Source: Mantamonas sphyraenae STR306
Lineage: Eukaryota; Protista; CRuMs
Direction: 5' to 3'
DNA: 64,000 nucleotides
NCBI GenBank assembly: GCA_026936335.1
Contig: JAPMXV010000027.1
Location: 62,001 to 126,000 of the forward strand
The notes under the pieces are model-generated. The model saw nothing but the letters and a program-made list of their open reading frames with translations. It was not told the DNA's origin and made no database searches. Below, piece by piece: positions 61,403 to 64,000 of this stretch. Position 1 is the first letter of the stretch. Each line of letters begins with the position of its first letter. The translations under genes and the position numbers were made by a program.

Positions 61403-63556
61403 ATGGCGTCGCTGCCGAAAGTGGACATCATTGTGGGAACCACGGACGGTGAGGAGGACGACGGCAACTGGGAGTTTGCCGGGTGGGGCGAAACGCGGCG
61501 AATGACAAGCGTGCTCGTGGACGAAGCAGGGGCCGTGCACTCTGTGAACAGTGAAAACGCAGACGAGGGTGCACGCACGCGCTCTCCGTCGGTGAGGTTG
61601 CATGCAGAGGGTGAGGAGCTTTCTGAAGATGGCACGGAGGAGAGCGAGGAGGGTGAAGAAGGAGAGGAGGGCGAAGAAGGCGCGGATGCGGCGCTGCTTG
61701 CCTCCCGCAAGCGCAAGAAGTATGGGGCTACAGGAAAGGATGGAAACGGCGATGATGATGACAGTGAGCATTCGGGAGCCAAGGCGCAATCCCACCATCC
61801 GAAACTGGGCCGGTGGAAGAGCACAAGCATCCCGGGCAACGACATCACAAGCAGCTGCTTCTACGCCGCCGCTCTGTGCACCGTCGACGCAGGCACGTTC
61901 AGCTTTGTGTCCCTGTTGGTGGTGGCGGGTCTGCTGTACCTCTTTCGAGACATCTACGCAGAGGTCGGCTCCGCTGTGCGTCTCAACGGCGGCGTGTACA
62001 CACTGATGCTGAACACGACCACCAAAAAGACGGCAGCAGTGGCAGCCAGCATGTGTCTGCTGTCCTACATCTGCACGGCTGTGATTTCGGCAAATTCGTC
62101 CGCGCACTACCTGGCCACATTGGCCGACGTCAACGTAACCTGGACGACCATCATCATCCTGGGCATCTTTGCCCTGCTGACTCTGATTGGCATTTCCGAG
62201 AGTGCCACTGTGGCCCTGGTGATCTTTGGCTTCCATATTTTGTCGCTGGTGGTGCTGGCTGTGGCCTGCGTGGTGCACATTGCACAGGACCCGGCCCAAT
62301 TCATGGCCAACTGGGATCCGCCCGTCCTGGGCACTTCTCTGCGTTCCACAAATGTGTTCAACGCCATTTTCTTTGGCTTCACGGCGGGCGTGCTGGGTGT
62401 GAGCGGTTTCGAGAGCGCAAGCAACCTGATCGAGTCGATGAAGCGCGATGAGAAGGAGGACGTGTACCCGTTCTCCCTCAACACAATGTGGATCTTGGTC
62501 AGCGTGATCAACCCGCTGCTGGCTTTCCTGTCCATGGGCATGGCGTCGGTGGAAGACATCGCCACAGAGTACCAGAATTCCTTGCTCAGCCGCATGGCGT
62601 TGGTGGCCGGCGGCCAATGGCTGCAGTTTGTGATTGTGTTGGACGCCACCGTGGTGCTTTCTGGCTCCGTGCTGACGGCTTACGTGGGTGTGGGCGGTCT
62701 GCTGGAACGCATGACGCTCGACCGCATCATGCCACCCGTGTTTCTGCATCGCAACCGCCGCGGAGCAAACTACGTCATCATCCTGTCCTTCTTTGCGCTG
62801 ACGACCACCCTGTACTTTATGGTCAACGGAGAGACGGAGACGCTGGCGGGCGTGTACTCGGTTAGCTTCCTTGGTGTGATGCTCCTCTTTGCCGTGGGCA
62901 ACCTGGTGCTCAAGTTCAAGCGCAGCCGTCTGCCGCGCAATGTCAAGGCTCATCCACTGGCCTGTGTGGTGGCCGCCCTGATGGTCATGTCCGCCGTGGT
63001 TGGCATCATTGTCAACAAGCCGACCATCCTGATTCCGTTCACCATCCTGTGGTTCGCCTCCCTGCTTGTGATCTTTGTCATGTTGCTGCGCTACCGCATC
63101 CTCAAGTACATGCTGCACATGCTGCGTGACGTGCTCAAGAACAAGCCCAAGAAGTATCGCAACGTCATCGTTATGGTCAAGCGTTGGCTCAAGAACATCA
63201 ACGAGCAGAAAGTCATTTTTTTCGCCAAGGATGACGACCTACAGCTCATCAACAAGGCCATCCTGTATGTGCGCGAGAACGAACTCACCGAGTGCATGGA
63301 GATTGTTCACGTCTACGACAAAGAAGAGAACCTGCCCCCCATGCTGCGCGAGAACGTGCGTCTGCTTGACAAGTGCTATCCCAAGATCCGTGTGGACCTG
63401 GTTCTCGTCCAGGGCCGCTTCTCGCCCGAGCTCACCGACGCCATCTCCCGGAAGCTCGACGTGCCCAAGAACTTTATGTTTATGGCCTGTCCCGACTTTC
63501 AGCGCGCCAAGTATGATTTGAGTGCGTTTGGCGGCCTGAGAGTGATTACAGCATGA
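61403..63556 (+). CDS. APC-superfamily amino-acid permease with a C-terminal soluble (USP-like) domain
   Basis: GNDITSSCFY, YAEVGSAVRLNGGVY, LGVSGFESASN, LSGSVLTAYVG, LAGVYSVSFLGVM, INKAILYVRENE; about 12 TM helices. Confidence 0.88.
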   Translation: MASLPKVDIIVGTTDGEEDDGNWEFAGWGETRRMTSVLVDEAGAVHSVNSENADEGARTRSPSVRLHAEGEELSEDGTEESEEGEEGEEGEEGADAALLASRKRKKYGATGKDGNGDDDDSEHSGAKAQSHHPKLGRWKSTSIPGNDITSSCFYAAALCTVDAGTFSFVSLLVVAGLLYLFRDIYAEVGSAVRLNGGVYTLMLNTTTKKTAAVAASMCLLSYICTAVISANSSAHYLATLADVNVTWTTIIILGIFALLTLIGISESATVALVIFGFHILSLVVLAVACVVHIAQDPAQFMANWDPPVLGTSLRSTNVFNAIFFGFTAGVLGVSGFESASNLIESMKRDEKEDVYPFSLNTMWILVSVINPLLAFLSMGMASVEDIATEYQNSLLSRMALVAGGQWLQFVIVLDATVVLSGSVLTAYVGVGGLLERMTLDRIMPPVFLHRNRRGANYVIILSFFALTTTLYFMVNGETETLAGVYSVSFLGVMLLFAVGNLVLKFKRSRLPRNVKAHPLACVVAALMVMSAVVGIIVNKPTILIPFTILWFASLLVIFVMLLRYRILKYMLHMLRDVLKNKPKKYRNVIVMVKRWLKNINEQKVIFFAKDDDLQLINKAILYVRENELTECMEIVHVYDKEENLPPMLRENVRLLDKCYPKIRVDLVLVQGRFSPELTDAISRKLDVPKNFMFMACPDFQRAKYDLSAFGGLRVITA

Positions 63557-63565
63557 ATGAATGCA

Positions 63566-64000
63566 TCAATTTCCATCGACATAGATGTGATTGGACTCAA
63601 CAATGGTGTAGCGCACCATGTGCTTGTCCCCGGTCATCCACACCACACGAGTGTCGTTGATGTCAAATGCGAGGGCGATCAACCAAATAGCTGCGTACAC
63701 CCACAACACGATCCCCAGCAAAGAATCCCACGCGGCGATGGGACCTCCAAGTCCCAGTTCAGCGTATCCCGCACCGAGGAGCCGCCCCAGGCAGTACGCC
63801 AGCGCCAGGGCAGCGTGCGGAATCTGTGGGATCGCCAAGCGCTTGCACAGTCCACCGCCGTTATCCCAGATCAGATAGGAGTTGGGAATGGCCACAAACA
63901 CCAACGCAGACCCACATAGCACCAGAGGGACCATGGGCTCCTCTGTGACAACAACCAGCGGCAAGAAAACGCTCGGACCAAGGAAGAGCCCCATCCACAC
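63566..64000 (-). CDS. Small membrane protein, copy B (5' end lies outside the window)
   Basis: Near-identical to 57189-57662 but with a different C-terminus (RYTIVESNHIYVDGN vs RYDLAAA). Confidence 0.75.
   Translation of the reverse strand: MWMGLFLGPSVFLPLVVVTEEPMVPLVLCGSALVFVAIPNSYLIWDNGGGLCKRLAIPQIPHAALALAYCLGRLLGAGYAELGLGGPIAAWDSLLGIVLWVYAAIWLIALAFDINDTRVVWMTGDKHMVRYTIVESNHIYVDGN
63608..64000 (-). repeat. Right arm of the inverted duplication; continues past the window edge
   Basis: Reverse complement matches 57252-57644. Confidence 0.95.

Noticed and set aside
14830-63118. Long antisense ORFs (e.g. 14830-16812, 20991-22664, 23787-25769, 25914-27422, 44126-45865, 49868-51451, 60914-63118)
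   Set aside because: They mirror well-supported genes on the opposite strand, show no motifs, and are expected with GC-rich codon bias.
57252-64000. DNA transposon with terminal inverted repeats
   Set aside because: The arms are intact protein-coding paralogues, no transposase lies between them, and no target-site duplication is visible (the outer end is off-window).
1-64000. Prokaryotic operon interpretation; rRNA or tRNA genes
   Set aside because: Spliceosomal introns and eukaryote-specific genes occur throughout. No cloverleaf or rRNA-like segment was seen in the small non-coding space.

Overview
Eukaryotic nuclear DNA, roughly 60% GC, standard genetic code, from a very gene-dense, intron-poor and probably flagellated protist (CEP104 is present). 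I resolve 27 protein-coding genes and 14 short spliceosomal introns (all with GTRNGT donors), with intergenic gaps often only 10-100 nt. Recognisable housekeeping genes: EI24, BORCS6-like, SLX4-like, RNase II (RNB), RRP5, BMS1, a neurobeachin-type BEACH protein, CEP104, mitochondrial GatB, Nup58-like, a cytochrome P450 and an APC amino-acid permease. The most unusual elements are: (1) a ~2760-aa, probably N-acylated kinesin-3-like protein with degenerate switch I/II, an FHA domain, an embedded F-box and six tandem C2-like modules; (2) four divergent genes encoding an N-terminal F-box fused to a multi-pass membrane domain, three of them in tandem; (3) a PBX-like TALE homeobox gene whose homeodomain is split by four introns, including 11-nt and 26-nt micro-exons that no single ORF captures; (4) a Nup58-like protein whose FG region is strongly charged (Arg/Ser/Asp/Lys); (5) a mosaic inverted gene duplication bracketing a 6-kb three-gene cassette. 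Two single-base frameshifts look like assembly errors. I found no rRNA, tRNA, CRISPR array or transposase. All family assignments come from motif recognition by eye, not from database searches.
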